DNA from: Tubiluchus corallicola
Taxonomy: Eukaryota > Animalia > Priapulida
DNA length: 64,000 bases
Direction: 5' to 3'
Assembly: GCA_030141605.1 (NCBI GenBank)
Contig: JAQGDQ010000034.1
Span: 248,001-312,000 of the forward strand
This document shows, in pieces, positions 50,058-63,415 of this stretch. The position numbers and the translations under genes were made by a program. Position 1 is the first letter of the stretch; every line of letters starts with the position of its first letter. The notes below the pieces were generated by a model. It was not told where the DNA came from. It did not search any database and saw only the letters and a program-made list of their open reading frames with translations.

Positions 50058-51454
50058 TTCTTCTTGCAGTGGGTGAAATTTCGAAAACATTTTTTGATGA
50101 ATGATTCCATAAATAAGAAAGCCATGGGAAAACAGTAGATTTAACAATAAATTAAGTCACTGTGACAATGATTAGAGGGGTATTTGAAAGTACTTGTTTA
50201 ACAAAAAGCCCGATTGCTTGTGCATTATGAGTGATTTTTAGTCACTTTCGATGAAAAATATTAGTGCATTAGTAACCATTTTGAAATTGAGTTATTTCAT
50301 ACGTCAGCGGCTTTCGACACGAACCACATAGAAAGATGTACATATCAAACTAACTGAGCAATGTGTTTCTTTGCAATTTGTTCGGGTTTAACTTTATTTT
50401 CCGCTGTCTACAAGGCTTTGGAACATCATAACATTATATTTAAATAAATTGGCACAAATCGATTTGGAACTTGCCTGCATATATTGATCGCGCATCATCG
50501 TGACAACACATAATATAAAATCATTAAGAGCAGGTAAATGTGCAATATAGTTTCAAAGTTTATACAAATTCACATTAAAATCAAAACTACATTCGTTATG
50601 AACACAGTTAGTTCCAAGGCAATGACAAATAAAATATTTTCCATCTTCTAAAACACTGCAGAGATGCGGTCTCTTGGTGTGTTTCATTTCTTCCGCAATT
50701 CGTTTCCGGGCAAACCTTATTTTTGCCGCCTAAACTGTTTCAATCAAAAGTACGGTAATCAGTTTTAGTAATTTCGCTGTCAACAGCAAGACAAATTTTG
50801 GAACGAATTGCAGGACATGTAAGAAAAATGATTTTAACACAGAAGAACGATAAGAAGGATGATATCTTAAAATTCCTGCTTTTTTATTTATCTTTTTTTA
50901 CTTTTTGCCCGGTATCCAGATCTATAAGCTTTCGCTATGTTAAATTCACTCTGAATATAGAAAGTGTGAATTGTGTTCGAATCAAACTTCGTTCTTGTGT
51001 TTAGAAAAAAGTGCACTTGTTTTGTGGTTTTAGTTATTCTCTATTGGCTGAGCAAGACTTTTATGTAATAATTGCTCTGTCCTGTTGCTCATTGTTTCTA
51101 TACCCTCTCTGGCAGAAGATTACGGTAGTCATTGCGTTTGATTAACATTTCATCGTGTATTACTATGTATGGTATGACTACTATGTGTAGCACAACAAAA
51201 AGTGTCAAATAGTTTTTAATTTCATTTTACTATTCACCTTTTTCCATTTTAGGCATTGAGTAGATGCCGGGGGCGGCCAGCCCCTTCTACCATCGCTCGC
51301 CCACTGCCTTTCTTGTTGCTGGGTAGCTCAGATGTGAAGTCGTAGTAGCGTACAACATGTAGCTATTTTTGCAATGGTTTCCAAGTTATCAGATAATAAA
51401 CTCAAAAATTCAAAGCATATTAATTAATTAATTTATTGTATTTTAATTCTGTTT

Positions 51455-51468
51455 TATATATACATATA

Positions 51469-51554
<86 letters not shown>

Positions 51555-51698
51555 ATACATATAAAAAATACAATATACATTGAAGCTCAATACATATTAC
51601 ATGCACATACCGGTACATATACGTATATATGTATGTACCGGTATGTGCATGTAATATGTACTGAGCTTCAATGTATATTGTATTTTTTTATATGTATT
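51455..51698. repeat. Two adjacent palindromes: AT-rich 51455-51529 and a ~66-bp-arm inverted repeat 51554-51698
   Basis: aatacatataaaaaatacaatatacattgaagctcaatacatattacatgcacataccggtacata pairs with the downstream arm with one mismatch and one indel; ~12-nt loop. Confidence 0.9.
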
Positions 51699-52610
51699 TG
51701 TGCACAGTACCCTGCAAATGGAGGGTTTTGTATCATTTTGTTTTGAAAATAAATGAGATTTAATAAATAGACAAATGCGGTCCTGCCTATAAAAATCATG
51801 CAAAGGAGCATAATTTATTGGGCAAATTTACACACCAGCTATTTACAAGTTTGTATAATTCTCAAAGCTATTGTGTTTTCATTTTTTTGTAATTATTATT
51901 TGTTAAGCTTTATTTCAAATCCTATGAAAATCAATTGAATTATATGCAGCAAATTACTTTGAGAGCAGATTTCATCTTAAAAACAGCTAGAAATTGTAGC
52001 AACAAAATTCAAAGCAAAATGTTTTTCCAAAACAATATTTAAAAAACACGGTTGACCCCTTAAACATTGGGTCATTTCAGATAATACTGGCTTTTGATAG
52101 TCATTGGTCCGCTATTGATAACTGGAGGAGAACAAAAAGAGAAAAAATGAACGGTAGAGAGAGAGAGAGAGGGGGGGGAGCAAGGGATAGACGGGGAGGT
52201 AAGAGTGAATGGAGCTTGAGAATGAGAGAGGGACTGGTGGTAAGCGAAAGGGACAGAGAGGGGAAGAGCCACAGGAGGAAAAAGAAAGAGAAAGGAAGAG
52301 GATGTGCGGCTGAAGAAAGGGAGGAAAATAGAGAGAGAAGTGAAGAGAGAAAGAGAATTCGAAGGCTATGTCTTATGTAACATAGCCTGAGACAATAAAA
52401 CATGTTTGCATTTTTTTTGCTTTTATAGATAAGTGTCAGGATTATTATTTCAACTTACAGAGCGAACATTGTACAGGACATTATAAAAGAACAAGTCTTT
52501 CAGCAAATAACAATAACAAAATAGTAGTTTACCAAGGCGAGGCCTCCAATACTTGGGTAGGACCTGTTCTTCCGCACGCACATAGTAATGCAGGAGAATT
52601 CGGTCTCCAG

Positions 52611-53142
52611 ATGATTTAGATATATTACGACAATGTTCAATTTCTATGGTAGAGCAAATAAATTACTCATGAAATTTACTCACTGTTCAGTTAACGTGAA
52701 GAGACAATTGTTTAATGCTTACTGCACTACTTTTTATTGTATGTCCACTTGGAGACATTTTTATTCTTACAATCTTAGCAAACTCAAGGTTGCATATAAT
52801 GTATTAACACGGAAGCTGTTTAACTTTTCATACGATACGAGCGCAAGATATATTTCTACTAGACTTAATATTATTTATTTTGATGTTATTCACAGAAAAT
52901 GTGCGTACAGTTTATACGTCAGGCTGAATAACAGTGAAAATTTTATATGCAAGAACATTTTAAACAGTGATGCAAACTTTACTTCTGTAATTAGATGTCA
53001 TTGGCGTAGTTTGTTATATCGACATATCGTTAATTTTTATTTGTGTTATTGTTGTGTTTCATGATTCATTGTATTAATTTGTGATGTGTTTATGAACTCT
53101 GCGAAGTGTGAAATAAAATATTAAATCTAAAAAAATTTAAAA
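52611..53142 (+). mobile_element. 5'-truncated LINE (CR1/L2/Jockey-group) ORF2 3' end with poly(A) signal
   Basis: ORF 52633-53064 FYGRANKLLMKFTHCSVNVKRQLFNAYCTTFYCMSTW...LKVAYN..RKLF is typical of LINE ORF2 C-termini; aataaa ~53112, A-rich tail, possible tccag TSD. Confidence 0.8.
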
Positions 53143-55521
53143 TCCAGTGGGTTGGCTAAGTTAGCGTCTCTCTCAGTCTACCTCGTGGGCAACAGGTAGC
53201 CTTTTCGGGAAAGTCTCCATAGCTTCCCATCAAACTGGCAGGATACAGAATAGGGTCTCTTGAGATCGGATAATGAGAAGATCATCTCCTCCGGATTCCC
53301 ACGCAGAACGGGAGCGACTTAGATCATCAAACGTGACGTAAAAGGTGACAGTATGTTCATCCAACGTAAAGGTAATTAGGCTGTGTAATGAATGCCTATT
53401 TTAACAAATGTCTCTCAGTTATTGCATAACTGACGAGGTTTCACCAGCAAAAGAAGAACAAATAATGAACAAACCATCCATATTTCGTTCAGTCATCGTA
53501 TGAGAGAAACCACGATATAGTTATATCTGACTATATATAGTTATAGTTTTTTCTAAAAAAAATTTCTGTGAAACGGGAACGTTTGTCCGAAAATCATATA
53601 GTACTCGTCTTGGTACATCCCCAAGTCTTCCGTTTAACAGGGTATTCTGCTAGTAGCTGATCTACCCTTCAACTCAGGTAGCTGACGAGTAGGCCTGTCG
53701 TCTGGGGTGCCGCTACAATATACATCGATAGATTTGGTGTTAAGGCTTGCGATTCACTGACGCCATCTGAAATGTAACTAGGAAATCTGTTGTTTTAGCA
53801 TCATTCGACTTCAAACAAAAACATAGCCAACTCAGCCTTGATTAAAGAGCTCACGTCTGTTTAGGTTATGAATCTTTTAACTTACCAGTGGTTTTACATG
53901 TACATTTATATTGTCGCATTGGCGTAACCATACTTTGACCAAATGACTGAACTATGTCAGCCGTTTGCTGCTAAGCCAAACTTTTATATGTTGTAGGTAT
54001 AATTAAAAAATGTTATAAACGTGAATTGGACTGTTCGGATTTAAGCTTATATAATGCAACAACAAGTACTGTCAACCTCCGCTCTGTTGAGGATATTAGC
54101 ACTATTAGTTTTATCACACTTCTGCACTGTGGCGCCACCTGGCCGAAATTTTTAAAATAAACTAAGCAAGCACATCAGTTGGGCAGTTAATACTTGATGT
54201 TTGGCTATAGTGGATCTGTAAAATATCAGTCAGAGAGAAATCACGTATTAAACGTTAAAAGTCAATTTAAGCTACATATTGAAGTTGTCTGAAGTTTTTA
54301 TTTATGGTAGTTTATAGACGAAACACCCACCATGGAGTACCTTGAAGTAATAACCTCCACCGCATGAAGGCTGTGAGATAATGAAAACCGTTAAACCACA
54401 CTGCAGTTATCATTGCCAGTAATTTCAAGTGCAACAAAATAGCTGAATGCAACGAAATTCTGGCCATGAAAAGTCTGTTTGCAAATATTCAAAGTATTTT
54501 GTCATAGTTACAAGTATACAGTTCTTGCTGCTATACAAGTAAATAAACAAATGTCGGGTTGCACAGTTAAGCGTCTAGTAGACTGGATTTGTTACTGTTA
54601 AAGATAAAGGCAAACATTTATTTCACGTCGAATTTAAAAACATACAACTACAAGTAGCAAGAGTTTATGTCACCATTGAATAAATAAAACTATTCAACTA
54701 CGATTAAAAACTAGTTGTTACTGCTAGTGATCCAACTTTTTTTAATCAGTACGAATCTAACAGCAAACTAAAATAGATAAAACTTAGGCCCATGTCACAG
54801 TGAAGATGGAAGGAAAATGATGCATAAAATTGCTGACAGAAAATCAGTAAATTTCCAATTTTTTCTCAGGAAACCGATGCAACAAGAAAATCGCGCGCGT
54901 CCAGCTAGCGCCATCTGTGTTGCAGCTTTTACTTACCGTCATGGTCAGCGAGTCAAGGTAATGTTTTTCTGAGCGCTTGTTATATCGTGTATGAAGAAGC
55001 CAGCATTGTAAACTGATATTTTATTAAACCATGTCTAATTTGAGTTACAGTTGCCAGACATTTCTCATATACAAAATACAATTAATGATATTAGTCAGTG
55101 TAATGTAATGGCTGTTTTTTCAGTAAAGTTTCACTAACTACTTCAAAATCTGAAAGTATACGTATACAAAGTAAATGTATGCGTGCCTTATTTTTCTTTT
55201 CCACGAATATACCCATCGCTGTACATTAAAAAGGGATTATAAAGAAATGATAATTTACGGTGAATTGTGCTAATAATTGTTGTCGGTTAAACAATCAATT
55301 AAGTTTTAAATTCTAGTGAGAACATAGTGTTTCTACCATGTGGCAGTTTTTCTCTTGAGGAGGACACATAACTTCTAATTGGCGGCAAAATTCCTCACCA
55401 GGAATTATACGAGGAAAATTGCTCGTGGGAAACAACGTGGTCCATTTTCATGAGGAGTACCGCGAGGAATTTTCCCGGGCGTCCTCACTGCAAAATGAGC
55501 CTTAAACATATCAGTGATGAT

Positions 55522-56136
55522 TAGGGTTGCCACCACTCCGGATTCGACCCGGGTTTCTTGAATTTCAGCCGTAAATCCGTAGTTTCAACCGAAAAATTCT
55601 GAAGTGTCCTGATTTCGGCCATGGCATTGAAGTTCAAATGAAAAATATCGAAATATAATTTGCCTGGCTAACGCTATTGAAAATGAATTTGCACCAGTCT
55701 GAGCAAAAAAACAGTGGAATTTCTGTTAAGATAAGTTAGTAAACTTAATTAAGTTTAATCTGTTGTAAGGCTTTATCATTTCACCCCGTCTCTGCTTTTC
55801 GGCAATTTTTGCTACAGCAGCAAGCGCAATACGAGGTAATCGTCGGAGTTACCTTTAATTCACCTAACATAAAGTTATTAACATTCTGATCGCTAAAAAG
55901 CCTCATAGATATGAAAAAATGTATTAGAAACTTGGAAGAAACTCCAAAATTTGATGTACAGTACTTCTTGAACTTTTGTGGAGATTTCTAGACCTTTTAT
56001 GGTTTAAATTTTTTGATCATTGTTTCTGAAAAAGGATTCGTAAAACGTCTAAAATACGGGAAATGCGTGGACTTCTCTGACCCCCCCCCCTGGTTTTCAA
56101 GTGCTGATTTTGGCTCATGACGAGGTGGCAACTATA
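55522..56136. mobile_element. hAT-type MITE
   Basis: TIRs tagggttgccacc / ggtggcaactata; degenerate gatgat flanking repeat. Confidence 0.6.
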
Positions 56137-57084
56137 ATAGATGATTTCAGTTTCATGCTCGTCAAAAGAGCTTTCTAATTTATGACACACGCACCGGCAT
56201 TGGAATTTTCGTTTTGTAACACTACGTCTTGTTTCTTGCTTCTAAAGCTTGCACTCCTCCTGTATGTAGTCCATATTGACCTGCACAGAAATAACGACGA
56301 TGATTACCCATTATACTAATGATAATAAATCAAGTCGTTGCTTCTGTTAGCGTGGGAGACGAACGTCTTCTATCAGTAGCAGGTAGTCTATCCGTGAACA
56401 GAGCTTAATGAAACTAATAACGCTGATATGCATTGCCTAGTCGCTTAAAAATACCATCTGCTTTATTTATAGTATTACTGCATGACGTTATATGAAAACT
56501 TTGGTCCTTTATCCAATGGGGAGCTAAATTTGACGTACTAAAGAAACTGTTGCCAGGATAAACGCCAAAAAGCTTAGCAATAACCTCAGTAAACAATTAG
56601 ATGATATAGGCTTGTACCAATTTTATAATCGGTGCATCCAATACGACATGTATCAATAGCGGCTGATGCTGATAAATCTAGAATGCTCTTACACTACATT
56701 CCTTAGTGTGCCTACACGAAGAATAATTTGATGACCAATGACCAAAACCCTATAACTGTATACCCACACTGACTGGGAGTTATATAATAATGAGGAATAA
56801 AACTCACAATTACCATGGAAGAGGTAGAATGTGTTACAAAGAAAGTGAACGGGAAATCCCTGAACAATGATGCACCGTATCATTTTACCTTCTCGCTCAA
56901 TCGTTTAAATTTATTTTTTTTAGATTTGGACTTAGTACACTGGGGAATGCTCCTTGTACAGTTGAATGGTTCTGGGTTAGCCGTCCTGGGTTGAATAGTC
57001 GAGTGGTTTATATTTCGGTCTGCAAAAAGGCAGTCTTGTCCCATCCGTAGCTAAATAACCATCAGTGCTAACGCTATCTGTTAA

Positions 57085-57573
57085 TGTTGTGGAGATCTGG
57101 AATATTCTGTAGTATAGTAGAGCAATCTTCGTACCTTGTAGAAGTTTCTAGAACTTTCTATTTCTAGATTATTTCCTGGCACTCTAGTTTTATTTTTGTT
57201 ATCTAATATGGTTAAATGTTTATTTTATTGTAGAGTTTATGGGTATGTACATACGTAAGTTGTTTAAATTATTTTAAATTTTACAAGGGTAGAAATAGGG
57301 CCAATATTGCTTAAACAAAGGTGTTTTTGTTGCTCGTTTATTATATAAGGCGGAGCTGGCCGGTGAAGTTTATTCTCTCTCACATTCTTTTATATCCACG
57401 TATTATCAGATACGCTTTCTCGCTTTCACGTTTCCAGATTATCACATTTACTGTAAACATTTCGCGTTCCTTCATACTTGTGTAGTAGAATTCTCGTATA
57501 ATAAACTAGTTTAATTTGATGACGTGTTTTCTGGTTTTCTCTACGAGCCTTCCGAGAGAAACAAAACACAACA
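57085..57573 (+). mobile_element. Solo LTR (489 bp)
   Basis: Ends tgttgtg...cacaaca (TG..CA with 7-bp inverted repeat), internal TATATAAG (~57342) and AATAAA (~57500), flanks gttaa/tttaa (5-bp TSD, one mismatch). Confidence 0.75.
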
Positions 57574-58429
57574 TTTAATAAGCAACGGTAAATAAATCTC
57601 GTCTTTGTCTTTGGACCTTATAGGCTGCGGCTACAGAATCGAAAAATATTTACAAAAAGTTAAACCAGACGCTTACGTTTTGTAGATTAAAACCAATCAT
57701 AGGACTCTAGGTTTACCAGAATTAAACGATTCTTCTTTAACAATATTAGTAGTAGCATCACCTAGTTGTAAAATTGTACAGTAAAATTGTACGATTAAAA
57801 AATAGAAAAAATTACAAATAACCAACCAAACGAAGATTATGAAATACACTGAACATTTATTTGCGCTTATAAAATCTGAAAAAGTTACAATGGTAGGTTC
57901 AATAATAAAAATAAACACACAAAAATCGTTAAAACGAACAAACTTTCTATTTACATGTCCCTGTTTTTTAGTTTTTAGGGAAACCCACAAAATGGAACAG
58001 AGGACAAAAAATATTACCACGCATTATTACCGTGTTTAGAGTTTTATATATACTCGTTTCACAATCTGCATTTCTTAATTATCACAATAACGTCTATATT
58101 ATATGTATTTCGTAAAGTGGCTCGCTTAGGAAAATATCGGCTGTATTGTGCCTCTACTATTTTTACCTTTACTCTTCTTTCGATGGAATGAACAAATTTT
58201 CAAAAACTCTACAGCTTAAAACCGCACTCAAGTTTCAGTCAACAACAGTAATAAGTTTTCGAATTTCGTATGGACTAGTTTAACAAGACAGGTGCTCAAT
58301 ATCAAGAATTTTTCAGTTATTTTGTGTCGCTCGCATAAAAGAAAACGGTGTTCACGGCTGTATTAAACTTTTGCCAACATAGAAACACATATAGACTTAC
58401 TGCCTGTGAAAATTTCAACAGCTTGTGAT

Positions 58430-59007
58430 TCACTTCGCCTTGCCAGTCGAGGCTTTCTTCGCTTTAGCTTTTGTTGTTGGGGTTAATTTCTTGGGTTTTG
58501 GCGACTTTCTTGCTTTAACAGACGTTGCTTTGCCTGTCTTTGCCATCGTATCTGCCGCCTTAGCAGCAATGGAAGATGCTGATACTTGTTTCTCCATCTT
58601 GCTGGTCTTTGTTGCAATGGAAGATGCTGATACTTGTTTCTCCATCTTGCTGGTCTTTGTTGCAATGGAAGATGCTGATACTTGTTTCTCCATTTTGCTG
58701 GCCTTTGTTGCTGTCTTGGTTACTGTCTTGGCGTCCTTGGCCTTTGTCTCGTCTGTCTTTATCTTCATGTCACTCTGTGCTTTTGCTTTGCTTGGTTTTG
58801 GTTTGTTTTCAGCATCTGACTCTGCAAGCACTTTTTTCGCAGGTTTGATGGCTGGCTTTTCGTCTGTTGGTTTTGCAGGCTTAGCGGTTGATTTTTCACC
58901 GGCCGTTTTCATAACCTTTTTCTCCTCTTTGCCGAGTTTGTACCGTCCACTTAGTAAACCAGTTTCTTCAAATTTCTTTGGACGTATCAGTGCTCCGGTC
59001 GCCAAGC
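58430..59007 (-). CDS. Terminal exon of a linker histone H1-like protein (oocyte/cleavage-stage H1-like); upstream exons not resolved
   Basis: Acceptor tattttag|GC; GLATGALIRPKKFEETGLLSGRYKLG matches the H15 wing (G.LxRP...G..G.F/YKL), followed by a Lys/Ala/Thr-rich tail with SPKP/TPTT sites and 3 x 48-bp repeat (KTSKMEKQVSASSIAT). Confidence 0.65.
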
Positions 59008-59109
59008 CTAAAATATAACAAATATATTACTGCCACAACTCCGAACTTCCATTATTTTTACAAAACTGTAGATACCTATTTTTACTCATCACAGAACAAG
59101 TTCGTATTG

Positions 59110-59270
59110 CCTCGAGCTCTGCGGAATGAGATCACCAAGTCTAGGGTGTCTGCAATGTAAGCAGGAGGCCCTTGGTTCAAATCTAGGATGCATTCCAACA
59201 TTTTCACACTTCCTGTCTTTCATTAACTGAACTTTTGTGACATCATTAGTAATAATCTTGATATTGACAT
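59110..59270 (+). mobile_element. tRNA-derived SINE copy
   Basis: ggttcaaatctagg B-box and body shared with the 27170-27545 copies. Confidence 0.5.
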
Positions 59271-60588
59271 GAAACTAATTAATAAAAGTTAAAGTTTACG
59301 CGAACAATTATTTTTAGCCGTCCGAGGATGCTGCCAACACCAAAGTGCAAGCAGTTTATCAAGGTCATCGTAATTTTCTTACAGTTTCTCTCGGCAGAGC
59401 TAACTGGTGACTAAAATGGCGTTTATGTACATGCGGATGCGGACACAGATGCGTTTTCCAACTGCGGAAAAGCCTGTTGAAAAAACAATTGGAAATAGCC
59501 ACAGAAAATGAATAACGAATACGCAGGCTGCATAAACAGGTGCCTTGAAAGCAATATAAACCGATTTTATCTACTCTGCAGTTTTACAATGACTTTATAA
59601 TAAAAAAAATGAATATTCTTAACGGCAGTAGGATTTTAAGTTGTAAAATTTCACATTATAGTACGGGTTTGCTTTGACTTTAAAGTTTGAAACCAAAAGA
59701 AATATTTTTCGCATTTCTTTTCCCTCAAACAAGTTTGATTTCAAAATTTGACCATTTCTGTGATATTCAAACAAAAAATCAATATGTTCTCAATGTTAGG
59801 CCTAGAAGAAGGTTTAATGAGGCAAAACATTTCAAACTAACATTTTTCCAAAGCCTTTCTCATGCGTGGTTTAATCATGGTGGGGTTAACGCTCGTGTAA
59901 TTTGAAAGAATATAAGATTTAATGGCTGGCACGCTGACTCCTTTTCTGTCCTGTTGATGAAGCTGAATAGTTTTCACTGCTTTTAGTAGCATGTCGATCA
60001 TAGACCCCTACAACAAACAACAAAACAAACGACATTAAAACACTCTCCAAATTCACACATGTATGTTTAACAATGGATGTTGTCTGGCACATTCATATTT
60101 GACTTAAAGCAAAAAGCCAGAGCACACCTCTGCAATGGAAAACAAACACGCATGACACGCAAAACTCGGTGCGATAAACAAATGTCCATTAAACGATTTA
60201 GCCACATCAAACGTTTGCAGTTAATTTTTTGTATTAAAAAGCATGAAAAGTAAAGAGTAGGAGTTAAAAGTGCTTCTAAGTATAGAATCGTCTCGCTTCT
60301 TCTACATAGTTTCAAAAAAGTGGAAATGTTCAAAACGCGTAGCCGAAGAGAAACGGAAACTTTGTTAAATTCATAATGTAACAAAATGTTCATTATGTAG
60401 AAATGCAGCATTATGTAACAAATCACAAAATTTGTCACATGTAACAAATTTTATGTCATTATTTAGCAATTATTACGTAACAATTTTGTGTTAATACATA
60501 ACAATCACGACGTAATGTTTTTTACCATTATTTAAACATCAATAACTAAAGCTGATGCATTATGTAACAAAATCATCACAGTATATCG

Positions 60589-61276
60589 TTGGGTCTTGTC
60601 ACAATCTCAATGTGGTCTAATTTTGTACTGTGCCAGTTTCTTTCTGTTTCAGAGATCTGGCTGTCACTGGCTTTGACTGGCCTGTCAGATCTGTCTAAGG
60701 TCTGATCTGTCAGTGATCTGTAGATGCCTGTTTGGGTCGGGACTGTCCGAATTCTGGCCAACCCAAGATCTGTGTTGTGGCTAGTCTGTTGCCGGGGATT
60801 TGAGTTTAACTTTTGATCTATCAGAGGTTTGATCTGGATATGTTTGGTCCGACTACAAATTTGCAAATTTGTCCACAGTATGTTACATGTCTGAGAAAAA
60901 TTTTCAGTATTCTACGATAGAACTTATTGCTCATGATAGATAAAGATAAACCTTTTAAAGATAAACATGTATAAGATAAAGATACTCAATCTACTTAATT
61001 AAAATAAATAAAGTTTATAAATAAGATAGACATGGACAAGAATTTCTTCAACCAGATGACCAGGGATTAGTGACCTACGCCGGAACCAAAAATACCTTTT
61101 TTCTTTGGGATCACTTTCCTGTTTCTAGTGTTGATTAACCTATATCCACGTCAGTATAAGCTCAGTCAAACCAGACCTCTGACAAATCAGGCCAGACTAA
61201 GCCTCTGATAGACCAGACACTTCAGAAAGACCAGACTCAGCAGACCAAACCAGATCCAGCTGGTGCCTGACCCAAT
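60589..61276. mobile_element. Foldback-like element with inverted arrays of short cagatctg/ccagac repeats
   Basis: gtctgatctgtcag-type units at 60650-60860 mirrored by ccagac/ctctga units at 61163-61276; ends ttgggtc / gacccaa. Confidence 0.45.
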
Positions 61277-61479
61277 CTAGAAGAAAAAGAAATCCGAGAC
61301 CACACCCGGACTGTGAAAACCATAAAGTACAACACAAATTATCTTTTGTCTTTCTCTCTTGTGCACTCCTTCCTGGTAGGATGCAGCGCGGTCAAACGAA
61401 GGCTGACTGCTCGGCCGTCTTCGCGTCTTTGCAGGGGAGGGCTCTGCAACAATATCAAAATGGGAAACAACGGGCAATG

Positions 61480-61830
61480 TACAATTTTATCCAAAATAAA
61501 CCAATCCTAACCAGCCAGAAGCATTCCCTCAAAACAAGGCTTCGATTCTTTAATGCATATGTAAGTACTATCTTCATATTACCAGAATGAGAGAAACAAG
61601 GCCAATAGATTAGTATTAAACGAAGCACTGAAATCTGCAAAACGACTTCCAGGCAAACCAAAAGTAACTTGGATATCAAGGATTAATAAAGATTTACAAC
61701 AGCTGAAACCAAACCTAACAACAATATCACAGGCGTTGAAAATTTTAGCTGCAGACACTAAACATTGGGGTGCTCTAATGAAGGACAGAAGTTCAATGTC
61801 TAAAACAAATATTTAGAGCATCAGAAAAAG
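61480..61830 (+). mobile_element. RTE-like LINE 3' remnant
   Basis: SLKTRLRFFNAYVSTIF...EALKSAKRLPGKPKVTWISRINKDL...LAADTKHW, same family as 47930 and 35690. Confidence 0.65.
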
Positions 61831-63104
61831 AAGTAGCAAATTTTCTCACGCATAAAATTCATAAAATTACCTTTTTCAATTGTTGCTTATACGCAGGTGT
61901 GACACGTACATATGCAGCATTACACTTACGTTCTGAACGTAAGTTCTGAATATTGAAATTTACTAACGCACATTTGCTAAGCAGTATTTTGGGAGAACGA
62001 AAAAATTTTATGAGTAAAGTTGATGATAATTGAGTGAGTTACGACAATCAGTGTTAATTTAAAGCCAATAAACTTTTATCCTCCTGAGTGTAGGCGTAAT
62101 GTTTTATCACTTACTTATGAACATTTATATGATTGCATAAAATACGACTTGATTACCATACCACGATAATAGCTCACATTAATCGTAGTTAAAACGCAGC
62201 GCATAACCAATTGGCATGGGATTATAGCGAACATGTAGGAGTAGAGCAATGCAGTTCCAGCGATTGACGATGATCGAGAAGAGGTCAAATATTAAGTGCA
62301 CCAGACAACGCATTTGTGTACATTTGACAACGCCTCTTAGTCCATGCTATTGTAACAGTAATATTTTTAACATGTTTTAACAGCCAGCTAGAACCTTGCC
62401 TACTTCATTTTTTCTTGTTCCAAAGCAAGATCCTGCTAGTAAATCACTCTACGCACAGACTAATGCATAATTAAGTAAAGTCTGGGTGAAACAACTGACG
62501 TTACTGAACTAACGCGGCAGATGGCTTTGCTATACCCGCACCACACGTGACGGTTGTAGTTAAGATGCGTTGCTCTGGCACACTTAACCTTTGATCTACA
62601 GCAACTACGCGTGCGCATAGTGAAATTGCGAAAAGACTTATTGAAGGAACAGGTGCAGTTTATGTAAACTTTCGATGCCTTAAATTTCAGTGGCAAATCT
62701 GCTAAATGGGCTAAATTTGGAACAATTGTATCCATTTTTCTTTTTGTATGTTGTGCGAGTGTGTAATGATAAGGACAATATTGCGTTCGTTTTTATACTA
62801 ATTCACTAACAATAAGTCAATGTATTGTTTGGGCTAAACATATGAGAATAAATGGTAAATAAACAAATAAATAAATGGATAAATAAATAAGCCGAAATAG
62901 AAGAAAAAAACCTCTTTGAGCTGTTGGGTCGGATGCGCTTCCCTTTGCTTTTATAGACATACACGTAAGGAACCCCATTGAGGTAGAATACGATATTAAT
63001 GAGCCCTGATACAGTCTTCCACAAGAAACTTCAGAGCCGATTTCAGAAGTAACGTCGGTAAGTACTAAATAAACCTGCAGTAGCTACAATGCACATGCGC
63101 AGAC

Positions 63105-63415
<311 letters not shown>

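Larger units (their letters stand above)
41410..51030. repeat. Tandem segmental array: unit 1 ~41410-44715, unit 2 ~44715-48855, partial unit 3 ~48855-51030
   Basis: 43085-44700 closely matches 46088-48850 apart from insertions; 44715-45660 matches 48855-49810; 42790-43260 matches 50545-51030. Confidence 0.92.

Noticed and set aside
52147-52403. Arg/Glu-rich and Leu/Ser-rich ORFs
   Set aside because: Low-complexity purine tract without splice or domain support.
56400-56890. Possible decayed TE coding sequence
   Set aside because: No motif I could assign with confidence.
58300-58360. Histone 3' stem-loop downstream of the H1-like exon
   Set aside because: No proper 6-bp stem/4-nt loop consensus.
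58425-59018. 197-aa hydrophobic ORF on + strand
   Set aside because: Antisense shadow of the Lys/Ala-rich H1-like exon.
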